Below are positions 45,144 through 53,714 of a stretch of DNA of 53,714 nucleotides, in pieces (the stretch's first letter is position 1; each line of letters opens with the position of its first letter). The notes under the pieces are model-generated. The model did not search any database. It was not told where the DNA came from and worked only from the letters and a program-made list of their open reading frames with translations. The DNA comes from a virus (lineage: Duplodnaviria; Caudoviricetes). A program made the position numbers and the translations under genes. The stretch covers positions 1 to 53,714 of the IMG/VR virus record IMGVR_UViG_3300030380_002666, one strand, 5' to 3'.

Positions 45144-46205
45144 ATGGAATTTAAAGTACGTGAAGTAGACGGTAACGAAGAAAAGTCATTAGCTGAAAAA
45201 GAACAAGAAATTCTTGACCAGCATGAAGATAAAGAACAGGTTACAGAAGAAACAGTAGAACAAGAAGAAGTTGTAAATACTAAATTAAGTGAAGAAAAAG
45301 TTCTTAAATTTTTAGGGGATAGATACGGTAGGGAGATTACATCATTTGATGATTTGGTTACAGAGAAAGAAGTAACGCCAGAATTACCAGAAGATGTAGT
45401 TGCTTACTTAAAGTATAAAAAAGAAACGGGTCGAGGTATTGATGATTACGTGCGTTTGAATCGAGACTTTGGCTCTATGAATGAGAACTCTTTGCTAAGA
45501 GAGTATTATAAAGCTACCGAAGATGGGCTTGATAATGATGACATCGACATTATGATGGAAGATTTTTCATATGATGAAGAGTTAGATGACGAGTCCGAGG
45601 TAAAAAAGAAAAAGTTAGCAAAGAAGAAAATATTATCGAAAGCTAAGAAATATTTCGAAAAGCAGAAGGAGTATTACAAGCAACCACTTGAGTCAAGTGG
45701 CGGTTTAACTGCGGAGCAAGAGGAAGAATTAGGAGCTTATCGGAAATATATAGAATCTGCTAAAACCCATAAAGAGGAGACAGAAAGACGGCAAACATGG
45801 TTTACCGAAAAGACAGATCAGTTATTCAATAGCGAGTTCAAAGGTTTTGAATTCAAGCTAGATGACAAAAATGTCACTTTCAATCCTGGTTCTGCTGATG
45901 AACTGAAAAAGATACAGTCGAATCCTATGAACTTCATATCGAAGTATTTGGATGACACTGGACTTTTAAAAGATTCAGTTGGATACCATAAGGCGTTAGC
46001 AGTTGCAATGAATCCTGAAAAGTTTGCCAAGTTCTTTTATGAGCAAGGTAAATCAGAGGCTACTGAAGATGTGATGCGTAAGACCAAGAATGTAAACATG
46101 GGAGAACGTAGAACGCCAGAGGTAACATCTAAGGGGGGCATGAAGATTCGAGCTATGAGTGAACCATCATCTCGTGGCTTAAAAATTAAAAGTAAACGAA
46201 AATAA
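45144..46205 (+). CDS. Capsid scaffolding protein
   Basis: Acidic and helical with a basic C-terminus; between portal and capsid genes. Confidence 0.7.
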   Translation: MEFKVREVDGNEEKSLAEKEQEILDQHEDKEQVTEETVEQEEVVNTKLSEEKVLKFLGDRYGREITSFDDLVTEKEVTPELPEDVVAYLKYKKETGRGIDDYVRLNRDFGSMNENSLLREYYKATEDGLDNDDIDIMMEDFSYDEELDDESEVKKKKLAKKKILSKAKKYFEKQKEYYKQPLESSGGLTAEQEEELGAYRKYIESAKTHKEETERRQTWFTEKTDQLFNSEFKGFEFKLDDKNVTFNPGSADELKKIQSNPMNFISKYLDDTGLLKDSVGYHKALAVAMNPEKFAKFFYEQGKSEATEDVMRKTKNVNMGERRTPEVTSKGGMKIRAMSEPSSRGLKIKSKRK

Positions 46206-46228
46206 CAAACATTTTAAAAAGATAAAAA

Positions 46229-47725
46229 ATGGCAGGAAATTTTAACGCATTGCCCACATTTGGGCTGCAACCGTCGGCATCGAAAATTGCGTTGTCTACG
46301 AATTATATTCAAAACTTTGACTTCTTGAGTCAGTATCTTCCTGATACTTACGAGAAGGAGTTTGAGAGATACGGAAACCGTTCAGTAGCATCATTTATGA
46401 GAATGGTAGGTGCTGAGATGCCTTGTGAGTCTGACCTTATTAAGTGGGCAGAGCAAGGTAGATTACATGTGTCATACACACAAGTTGGTACAGCTGCTGC
46501 CGCTGGTGTAAATTTTGCTACTTTCCAAGTAAACGATGACCTTGCTACTCCAGGTGCATACCCAGCAGGTGTTGTTGCTGCTAAAAACATCTCTTCTACA
46601 GCAGGGAGTTTAGCTGCTGCTACTATCGCTATTAGAGCAGGACAAACTGTTTTGATTTCATTTAATGATGGTTCAGGAATAAATAAAGGTATTGTTAGAG
46701 CAACAGGTCAAACTGCAGGATCGGGATTAGGTGCTACTCAGTTTATTGTAGATTTCTATGAAGCTGCTGGTCTTGTTGGTACAGGTGTTGGTGTTGCAGC
46801 TGCTGATTGTACAGTATTTGTTTACGGTTCTGAGTTTGCAAAAGGGACTGTAGGAATGGATGGTTCTTTAGAAGGTGATTCTGTTATCTTCGAAAACAAG
46901 CCAATTATTCTTAAAGACAAGTACCAAGTTACTGGTTCTGACATGACTCAAATCGGTTGGATTGAAGTATCCACTGAGAATGGTGCTACAGGTTACCTTT
47001 GGTACTTGAAGTCAGAGCATGAGACAAGACTTCGTTTTGATGATTACCTTGAGACAGCAATGATTGAAGCTGTTCCTTCTGGTGCTGGTTCTGGAGCTTT
47101 GGCACAAGGATTTTTAGGTACTGAAGGTATCTTTGATGCTGTTCAGACTAGAGGTAATGTATGGGCTGGTGGTATTCCATCAAGTCTTCAAGATTTTGAT
47201 ACAATCATCGCACGTCTTGATAACCAAGGAGCAATCGAAGAGAATGTGTTGTTTGTAAATAGAGAAATGGGATTTGCTATCGATGATATGTTAGCTGCTC
47301 AAAACTCTTACGGTGTTGGTGGAACGTCTTACGGTCTATTTGACAACGATGAGCAAATGGCTCTAAATCTTGGATTCTCAGGATTCCGTAGATCTTACGA
47401 TTTCTACAAGACTGATTGGAAATACCTTAATGATCCTACAATGCGTGGTGGTTTAGCTGCGGGTGCAGGAGCTGTTAACGGTCTTTTAGTACCAGCAGGT
47501 ACGACAACTGTTTACGATCAGATTCTTGGTAAGAACGCTAAGAGACCATTCTTACACGTAAGATACCGTGCTTCTCAATCTGAGGACAGACGCTACAAAA
47601 CTTGGATGACAGGTTCTGCTGGCGGTGCTATGACTAGCGATCTTGATGCAATGGAAGTACATTTCCTTTCTGAGAGAGCTGTTTGTGTAATGGGAGCAAA
47701 TAACTTCGTAATTTTCGAGGGGTAA
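46229..47725 (+). CDS. Major capsid protein
   Basis: 498 aa, follows the scaffold and precedes a strong terminator; QYLPD.YEKEFERYG, KWAEQGRLH and LNLGFSGFRR. Confidence 0.88.
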   Translation: MAGNFNALPTFGLQPSASKIALSTNYIQNFDFLSQYLPDTYEKEFERYGNRSVASFMRMVGAEMPCESDLIKWAEQGRLHVSYTQVGTAAAAGVNFATFQVNDDLATPGAYPAGVVAAKNISSTAGSLAAATIAIRAGQTVLISFNDGSGINKGIVRATGQTAGSGLGATQFIVDFYEAAGLVGTGVGVAAADCTVFVYGSEFAKGTVGMDGSLEGDSVIFENKPIILKDKYQVTGSDMTQIGWIEVSTENGATGYLWYLKSEHETRLRFDDYLETAMIEAVPSGAGSGALAQGFLGTEGIFDAVQTRGNVWAGGIPSSLQDFDTIIARLDNQGAIEENVLFVNREMGFAIDDMLAAQNSYGVGGTSYGLFDNDEQMALNLGFSGFRRSYDFYKTDWKYLNDPTMRGGLAAGAGAVNGLLVPAGTTTVYDQILGKNAKRPFLHVRYRASQSEDRRYKTWMTGSAGGAMTSDLDAMEVHFLSERAVCVMGANNFVIFEG

Positions 47726-47737
47726 TTAATTGATACG

Positions 47738-47767
47738 TAGGGTGGCTTTCGAGTCACCCTATTTTTT
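47738..47767 (+). terminator. Intrinsic terminator after the capsid gene
   Basis: TAGGGTGGCT-TTCG-AGTCACCCTA-T6. Confidence 0.9.
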
Positions 47768-47780
47768 AAAATTTAATATA

Positions 47781-48521
47781 ATGAAACAAAAACCTTTAGA
47801 GGACAAGCTGTATCGTCTAAAAAGAAACAATGCACCTTTATCCTACATTATTCAGACTAGAAGTTCAAATAGGTCACCTTTACTTTATTTTGATGAAGAC
47901 AAGGGGATTAATAGACCACTGCGATACGCAAGAAATCAAAAGACACCATTTGAAGATGAGCAAGATGGCAATGCAATTGTAGAGCCTATTATCTTTGAAG
48001 ATGGATTTTTGAGAGTACCAAGAACAAATCCTGTGCTTCAACAGTTCTTAGAATATCATCCAATGAACGGTAAAAAGTTTGAGGTGGTTGACAATAAGAA
48101 AGAGGCTCAAGAAGAACTTGACGAAATGAATGTGCAGGTAGATGCCTTGATAGAGGCGAAGTCTATGTCACTTGAACAGTTAGAGGTTGTAGCTAGAATC
48201 ATCTTAAACAAAGATATTTCACGCATATCAACTGCTGAGTTAAAAAGAGATATTCTTGTATATGCAAGAAACTATCCAGAAGAGTTTTTAGATATGATCA
48301 ACGACTCTGATTTGACATTAAAATCAAAATGTCAATTGTTTATGTCTGAGGGTCTTTTAACTACTCGTAATAAAGGAAAAGAACTTTGGTTTAATACTAA
48401 AGGAAACAAAAAGAAGCTAATGAACGTACCTTATGGTGAAGATTTGATTCATGTTTTATTTTCATATTTCAAAACGGATGAAGGTATTGGCGTTCTAGAA
48501 TATTTAGAAAAGCAAGTTTAA
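47781..48521 (+). CDS. Conserved hypothetical protein downstream of the capsid gene
   Basis: RPLRYARNQKTPFEDEQ and IIFEDG.L.V; start reassigned to ATG 47781. Confidence 0.65.
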   Translation: MKQKPLEDKLYRLKRNNAPLSYIIQTRSSNRSPLLYFDEDKGINRPLRYARNQKTPFEDEQDGNAIVEPIIFEDGFLRVPRTNPVLQQFLEYHPMNGKKFEVVDNKKEAQEELDEMNVQVDALIEAKSMSLEQLEVVARIILNKDISRISTAELKRDILVYARNYPEEFLDMINDSDLTLKSKCQLFMSEGLLTTRNKGKELWFNTKGNKKKLMNVPYGEDLIHVLFSYFKTDEGIGVLEYLEKQV

Positions 48522-48546
48522 CTCCATCTTTGATTTACTGTTTTGG

Positions 48547-48578
48547 AAAGAGGGGTATATTTATATCTCTCTTTTTTT
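48547..48578 (+). terminator. Intrinsic terminator
   Basis: AAAGAGGGGTATA-TT-TATATCTCTCTTT followed by a T run. Confidence 0.65.
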
Positions 48579-48581
48579 ATT

Positions 48582-48589
48582 TATCTTTG
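48582..48589 (+). promoter_or_regulatory. -7 element TATCTTTG upstream of the tail genes
   Basis: TAnnTTTG directly after the terminator. Confidence 0.65.
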
Positions 48590-48605
48590 TATAAAAAGTT
48601 GCTAA

Positions 48606-49337
48606 ATGATAAACGATGTATATAAAACTGTTCTTTCAATTCTTAATAAGAACAACTATGGCTATATAACGCCACAAGACTTTAACTTATATGCAAAGCA
48701 GGCACAGTTAGACATACTTGATGATTATTTTACTAATTATAACTATCAAGTAAATAAAGAGAATGCTAGGCAGTCAGGCACTGGATATGCTGATTTAAAG
48801 AAGGGGTATGAGGAGGTTATTGATGGACTTTCAGAAACTAAGAACCTAACGCAAAACGCAACCAATACATACTTCTTACCATCGCAGGTTACAACATCTG
48901 ATGATTACTACTTGATAAACAAGGTACTCTGTTCTAGGGGTGTTACGTTTTTAGGAGAGGCAGAGAGAGTTAGTCATAGTAAGATAACTATGCTTAACAA
49001 CTCATCTCTTACTGCACCTACCGAGAAGTTTCCGGTATACGTTCAGAATGGTTCAGCGATTACTGTATTCCCTGCTACAATTAATGGTGCGAATGATGTA
49101 CAGGCACAGTATATAAGGTATCCTAAAGACCCTAAGTGGACGTTTACTACTATAACGGGTGGAACGCCTATCTTCGACCAAACACAAGCAGACTATCAAG
49201 ATTTTGAGTTAGCTATTGACGATCAGGTGGATTTAGTAATGAAAATACTACACATGGCGGGTATGTCAATAAGAGAGATACAAGCGGTTCAGTTTGCGAA
49301 AGCAGAAGACCAAATTAACATACAAGAGAAAAAATAA
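48606..49337 (+). CDS. Head-tail adaptor/ring protein
   Basis: ILNKNNYGYITPQDFNLYAKQAQ and YIRYPKDPKW; position. Confidence 0.65.
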   Translation: MINDVYKTVLSILNKNNYGYITPQDFNLYAKQAQLDILDDYFTNYNYQVNKENARQSGTGYADLKKGYEEVIDGLSETKNLTQNATNTYFLPSQVTTSDDYYLINKVLCSRGVTFLGEAERVSHSKITMLNNSSLTAPTEKFPVYVQNGSAITVFPATINGANDVQAQYIRYPKDPKWTFTTITGGTPIFDQTQADYQDFELAIDDQVDLVMKILHMAGMSIREIQAVQFAKAEDQINIQEKK

Positions 49338-50260
49338 TGGCATATATAACACAGTTTCAATATTACGATAACGCAGGAGCTACACCGACAAATAAGAACT
49401 GGGGATCCTATCAATATGTCAGTCTATATGACATTGTAAACAACTATCAGTTGATGTATATGGGTAACCATTCATTAGTCAACAACGAGAGCAGATACAA
49501 GGTGTTATTTCATGCTAAGAGAGCGATACAAGAACTCAACTACGATGCATTTAAGGAGATAAAAGTCCTTGAGCTTCCAATAGATGAGAACCTAAGATTT
49601 ATATTACCTTCTGACTATGTAAACTGGGTAAGGATATCTTTATATAAAGATGGAGTGCTTAGACCATTGACAGAGAACATTCAAGTTGGTTCTGCACTAG
49701 CATATCTACAAGACAATACAGGAAAGTTTCTATTCGATCAAGATGGTAATGTACTGAGTCCTGAATACTCAACTTTAGATTTTGATAGAATCAAAGGCAC
49801 AAAGAAAAGTATATACTTGAATAAGAACAGTCAGTTTGATGGTTTCGAAGGATACTGTTGCGATGGCTGTTGGTACTTTGACTATCCGGGCAGTGCTAGA
49901 TATGGTTTGAATACAGAGACGGCAAATGCAAATCCAACGTTTACAATTGACAAAAAAAGTGGTGTTATAAACTTTGACTCTACAATGTCTGGTGAAAATT
50001 GTATATTAGAATATATTTCTGATGGAATGGAGAATGGTGATGATAGTCTTATCACTGTGAACAAGATGTTTGAGGATTTTGTATATGCGTATATAACATA
50101 TGCTATTCTTGATTCAAAGCTAAATGTTCAAGAGTATATAGTAAGACGATCTCAAAAGAAAAAGACAGCACTTCTACGAAATGCAAAGATACGATTAAGT
50201 AACATACATCCTGGCAGGTTATTGATGAACATGAGAGGTCAGGACAAGTGGATAAAATAA
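49337..50260 (+). CDS. Tail adaptor/ring protein
   Basis: KRAIQELNYD, LPSDYVNWVRIS and ILEYISDG; position before the nozzle. Confidence 0.65.
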   Translation: MAYITQFQYYDNAGATPTNKNWGSYQYVSLYDIVNNYQLMYMGNHSLVNNESRYKVLFHAKRAIQELNYDAFKEIKVLELPIDENLRFILPSDYVNWVRISLYKDGVLRPLTENIQVGSALAYLQDNTGKFLFDQDGNVLSPEYSTLDFDRIKGTKKSIYLNKNSQFDGFEGYCCDGCWYFDYPGSARYGLNTETANANPTFTIDKKSGVINFDSTMSGENCILEYISDGMENGDDSLITVNKMFEDFVYAYITYAILDSKLNVQEYIVRRSQKKKTALLRNAKIRLSNIHPGRLLMNMRGQDKWIK

Positions 50261-50261
50261 T

Positions 50262-53200
50262 ATGGCTAAGTTACAGCGGAACTTTATCAAAGGTAAAATG
50301 AACAAAGGTCTTGACGAAAGACTTGTTCCTAATGGTGAGTATATAGATGCATTAAATGTTAGAGTAGGTACTACTGAGCTTTCTGAGATAGGTGCTGTAG
50401 AGAATAGTAGAGGTAACGAGAGACTTACTACTTTAAGATACGAAAACACAACTTTAAGTTCTAGTGCAAAGTGTATAGGTGCTTTTGAAGACGGAGCTAA
50501 TGACACCATATATTGGTTTGTTACTGACTCTGCACATACGGGAGGACAAGCTACTAATAAGCTTGACATGATTGTCTCGTATAATATGATAAACAATTCA
50601 GTTAAATATCATGTGATAAGTGTAGATGATGGAGGTGGCACAAACACTACTTTGAATTTTAATTCACAATATTTAATAACAGGTGTTGATAAGATTGATG
50701 ACTTATTATTTTTTACAGATAATTTTAATCAACCGAGATTTATAAATGTAACTAGTAGCTATGCGTATCCTGCCACTAATATAGACGGAGGTAGCTCTGC
50801 GGCTGCTGCTTTATTAGCAGAGTCTTTATTGGTTGTAAAAAAACCACCAGTAAATAGTCCTTCTTTCACATTAGAAGATAGAGGTACAGAGCAAAACTTC
50901 CTAAAAGATCGTTTTATTTGTTTTGCGTATCGTTATAGATATTCTAATGACCAATATTCGGCTACATCTCAATTTAGTAATCCCGCTTTTATTCCAAAAA
51001 CTTTTGAATACGATATATCTTCATATTTGAATGAAGGAATGGAGAATTTTTTTGACACGGCAATTATAACATTTAATACAGGTAGTGAGTTGGTTGTTGG
51101 CATTGACTTGCTATTTAAAGAAGCCAGTAACTCTGTTATACGTGTAATTGAAAAACTTGACAAAGAAGAATTGGGGTTTGGAGATAATGAAGATAGAACC
51201 TATGAGTTTTCCAATAATAAGATATATACAATATTAGATGATAATGAAATATTGAGACTATACGATAATGTGCCTATTAAGGCAAAGGCACAAACAATAA
51301 TAGATAGTCGGTTGGTTTATGGTAATTATATTGATGGTTTTGATTTAATAGATTCAAATAACTCAAAGGTTAACTTTAACTATGAAGTTGAATACAATTC
51401 AGAAGATATAGGTCTTATTAATATTCCTACAACTACTAGCGATGGTGTCTATAATATAGATTCAGGGTCTATTGGTTATGTGCAATCGGATTCTGAGATA
51501 GATTTGTTTTTGGGTAATGTTGATTTAAAAAACCAATCTAGAATAAATATCTCAATAACATTTAATCATGGTTCTTTTACGGGAGCAGTGCCTCCATCTT
51601 TAAGTGAAACTAATCCTATAACTCTTGACTTTTCATACGTATTGCAACAGGATTTTGCTACAGTTCAAGATTTACAGTTTAGTCAAGACTTTGGAGATAA
51701 GATTGGTAGGTCTACTAATATAAAACCGATACTAGATGCTTGTGAAGGTATTACTTTTACTGACTTAGTAAACTGTGAAATACCCGTGTATAAAGTTGAT
51801 GGTAATGGTGATGTTTGGACTAAAACGGGTAGTGGAATTGATAATCCAGGAGAGGGGATGAGTGTTATAGGTAGTTCGCCAGGTCATATTAGAATAAAAT
51901 TACCATCTACAGTTTATAATAAAACAACTTCAAATGTTTATGAATACTATAAAATCATTGCAATAAATGCATCTTTTCAGGAGTTATCTCAAACTGCATC
52001 CTTACATAGTAATAGAGACTATGAAATAGGTATGATTTATATGGATGAGTTTAATAGATCAACCACTGTTTTGGTTGACTCTAATAACATAATTCATTTG
52101 CCTTGCTCTTCTAGTGATAGAAGAAATACTATAAAGGTTAAAATACAGCCTGATCAAAAACCGCCAAAGTTTGCCACGAGATATAAGTTTGCTATAAAAC
52201 AAGATTTAGAAACATATGATACTATTTACTCTACTATATATTTTGTAGATTCACGAAATTCAGATATTTATTTTTTACTAGAGGGCGAAAACGCTCAAAA
52301 AGTTAGTGAAGGTGATGTACTTCATGTTAAAGCTGATTCTGAAGGTCCTTTGGATGTGTGCAGAAGCATTACGGTACTTGAAAAGAAAGCTCAAGAAAAG
52401 GATTTCATTATTGATGTAGAAGAAAACATTGTACCTGCAGGTGTTTATATGAAAGTTAGAGGGGTTGGACTTGATTTTACTAGAACTAGATCATATTCTC
52501 CTGGCGAAATTAATGTGACAGGTGGGTCTAGTTTTTTGGGTTATGTAAATATTGCTAATTATCCTGGTCTTAATTTTGATAGTGCTGGTAATCTTTACCC
52601 TGACCAGACGATTCCTAAAGGGGCTAGAATTCAGTTGAGAGTATTTATCGAAACAGATATTACTGATGGTTTTAATATTAGTGGTACAGTAAAGTATGAT
52701 AAAAGTTTAACATATGTTTCTTCTAGCACATATATTGATATAATTGATTGGTGGAATGGAGATAACATAGGTTTAACTCTTGGGTCAGACGACAATGGTG
52801 GACCAGCTCTTTACAATGATACAATTGCAACTGTTTTTGGGGTTAATCAATTTGGTGGTGTTGGAGTAGGTAGTGTTGATCAACCTGCTCAAGGTCCTAG
52901 ATTCAGATGGTATAGAGATTCTGATGGTCGTATATCTCTTTTAATAGGTGGGTATAATCTCGTTTCTAAAATACTAAGATGTGAAATAAGTATTATAACA
53001 CCTGGAGATGTTATAATTTTTGAAACAGAACCACAAGAGGCAGCACCTGACATATGGTACGAATCACCAGTTTCATATGCAATCACTAATGGATTTCACG
53101 AAGGTAATGTTCAAAACCAAACAGCGTTACTTCCTGCAATTATAAATACTGAGTTTCAAAATTGTTTTGCATTTGGTAATGGGGTTGAAAGTTATAAGAT

Positions 53201-53714
53201 ACGTGACTCTATTACTAGAAAAACATTTGGACTAGGTAATCGTGTTTCATCTGTTTTAAAAGGAGACGAATTTAAAGAGGAAAATCGTTTTTCAAATTTA
53301 ACATATAGTGGTGTATATAGCTTTAATGTTAATAACTTAAATGAATTCAACTTAGGTCTATTAAACTTTAAAGCACTTGAGCCATCGTTTGGAGAGATAC
53401 AAAAAATATTTGCTAGAGCCACAGATATTCTTATTTTACAAGAAGATAAGATATCATATGTATTAGCAGGTAAAAATTTATTGTCAGATGCGGCAGCAGG
53501 AGGTGTAGTAACATCAGTTCCTGAAGTGCTTGGTACTCAGATAGCTCGTTTAGAAGAGTATGGTATTGGAGATAATCCAGAGTCTTTTGCGAGTTATGGA
53601 TACGATAAGTATTTTACAGATTCTAAAAGAGGTGTAGTAATACAGCTAAAGGGATCATCGTATAATAATGACCAGTTGACAGTAATATCTAACTTTGGGT
53701 TAGGTTCTTGGTTT
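50262..53714 (+). CDS. Tail nozzle/stabilization protein, 3'-truncated (absent from ORF track)
   Basis: MAKLQRNFIKGKMNKGLDERLVPNGEYIDALN...; the start and the window end (...FTDSKRG...ISNFGLGSWF) are in the same frame, 1151 codons. Confidence 0.8.
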   Translation, partial: MAKLQRNFIKGKMNKGLDERLVPNGEYIDALNVRVGTTELSEIGAVENSRGNERLTTLRYENTTLSSSAKCIGAFEDGANDTIYWFVTDSAHTGGQATNKLDMIVSYNMINNSVKYHVISVDDGGGTNTTLNFNSQYLITGVDKIDDLLFFTDNFNQPRFINVTSSYAYPATNIDGGSSAAAALLAESLLVVKKPPVNSPSFTLEDRGTEQNFLKDRFICFAYRYRYSNDQYSATSQFSNPAFIPKTFEYDISSYLNEGMENFFDTAIITFNTGSELVVGIDLLFKEASNSVIRVIEKLDKEELGFGDNEDRTYEFSNNKIYTILDDNEILRLYDNVPIKAKAQTIIDSRLVYGNYIDGFDLIDSNNSKVNFNYEVEYNSEDIGLINIPTTTSDGVYNIDSGSIGYVQSDSEIDLFLGNVDLKNQSRINISITFNHGSFTGAVPPSLSETNPITLDFSYVLQQDFATVQDLQFSQDFGDKIGRSTNIKPILDACEGITFTDLVNCEIPVYKVDGNGDVWTKTGSGIDNPGEGMSVIGSSPGHIRIKLPSTVYNKTTSNVYEYYKIIAINASFQELSQTASLHSNRDYEIGMIYMDEFNRSTTVLVDSNNIIHLPCSSSDRRNTIKVKIQPDQKPPKFATRYKFAIKQDLETYDTIYSTIYFVDSRNSDIYFLLEGENAQKVSEGDVLHVKADSEGPLDVCRSITVLEKKAQEKDFIIDVEENIVPAGVYMKVRGVGLDFTRTRSYSPGEINVTGGSSFLGYVNIANYPGLNFDSAGNLYPDQTIPKGARIQLRVFIETDITDGFNISGTVKYDKSLTYVSSSTYIDIIDWWNGDNIGLTLGSDDNGGPALYNDTIATVFGVNQFGGVGVGSVDQPAQGPRFRWYRDSDGRISLLIGGYNLVSKILRCEISIITPGDVIIFETEPQEAAPDIWYESPVSYAITNGFHEGNVQNQTALLPAIINTEFQNCFAFGNGVESYKIRDSITRKTFGLGNRVSSVLKGDEFKEENRFSNLTYSGVYSFNVNNLNEFNLGLLNFKALEPSFGEIQKIFARATDILILQEDKISYVLAGKNLLSDAAAGGVVTSVPEVLGTQIARLEEYGIGDNPESFASYGYDKYFTDSKRGVVIQLKGSSYNNDQLTVISNFGLGSWF

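Larger units (their letters stand above)
1..53714. mobile_element. Tailed bacteriophage genome segment, probably a podovirus-like Flavobacteriia/Bacteroidota phage; both ends cut inside virion genes
   Basis: Terminase-portal-scaffold-capsid-adaptor-nozzle order, lysis genes and phage replication/recombination genes. No host housekeeping operons and no integrase. Bacteroidota-type TAnnTTTG promoters. Confidence 0.93.

Noticed and set aside
47700-47780. Frameshift or readthrough extension of the capsid protein, and the TTG start at 47730
   Set aside because: No clear slippery heptamer, and a strong terminator occupies the interval; ATG 47781 is the better start.
557-53422. Numerous antisense or nested ORFs in the track (e.g. 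557-913, 4769-5164, 16624-17052, 32278-32703, 50219-50596)
   Set aside because: They are shadows of well-supported genes on the other strand or frame, with no motifs of their own.
1-53714. Stop-codon reassignment
   Set aside because: Long genes are intact in the standard code, and TAA, TAG and TGA all end well-supported genes.
1-53714. Integrated prophage
   Set aside because: No integrase, att site or flanking host genes. groEL/groES and the aaRS paralog sit inside phage operons.

Overview
The window is most of the genome of a tailed dsDNA phage, probably a short-tailed phage of marine Flavobacteriia/Bacteroidota. This is inferred from gene content and order, from TAnnTTTG -7 promoter elements and from A-rich leaders without Shine-Dalgarno sequences. 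It has three blocks. (1) 1-11021 (+): end of the virion module, with a 5'-partial internal protein, a 2681-aa HExxH-containing probable ejection protein, a small HNH-like protein and a catalytic-domain-only class IIb aminoacyl-tRNA-synthetase paralog. (2) 11031-31257 (-): early/replication arm, with a phosphoesterase, VRR-NUC, SF2 helicase, primase-helicase, SSB, RecE-like exonuclease, Sak annealase, DnaA-domain-IV-like protein, GH73 hydrolase, two C5 methyltransferases, a GP88-like protein and many small ORFs. (3) 31966-53714 (+): GroEL/GroES, small basic proteins, a LamG protein, lysis genes, terminase, portal, scaffold, major capsid, adaptors and a 3'-truncated tail nozzle. The most striking feature is at 24.7-30.1 kb. 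Four copies of a small domain consist of three constant blocks (MESNKLIAEFMG / YHTSWDWLM..V..KI / Y.AVVEFIK.YNKKQ) separated by two segments unrelated in sequence and length. They are embedded in near-identical DNA repeats spanning stop codon, leader and start codon, and these repeats also border unrelated genes. This looks like a recombination-shuffled cassette or variable-loop scaffold system, and the phage's Sak/RecE/SSB module is a plausible engine. The control region (30.5-32 kb) has a (GTC)n tract behind a terminator, two operator-like palindrome families and a ~100-bp element duplicated upstream of the primase. All assignments come from motif recognition by eye; no searches were run.
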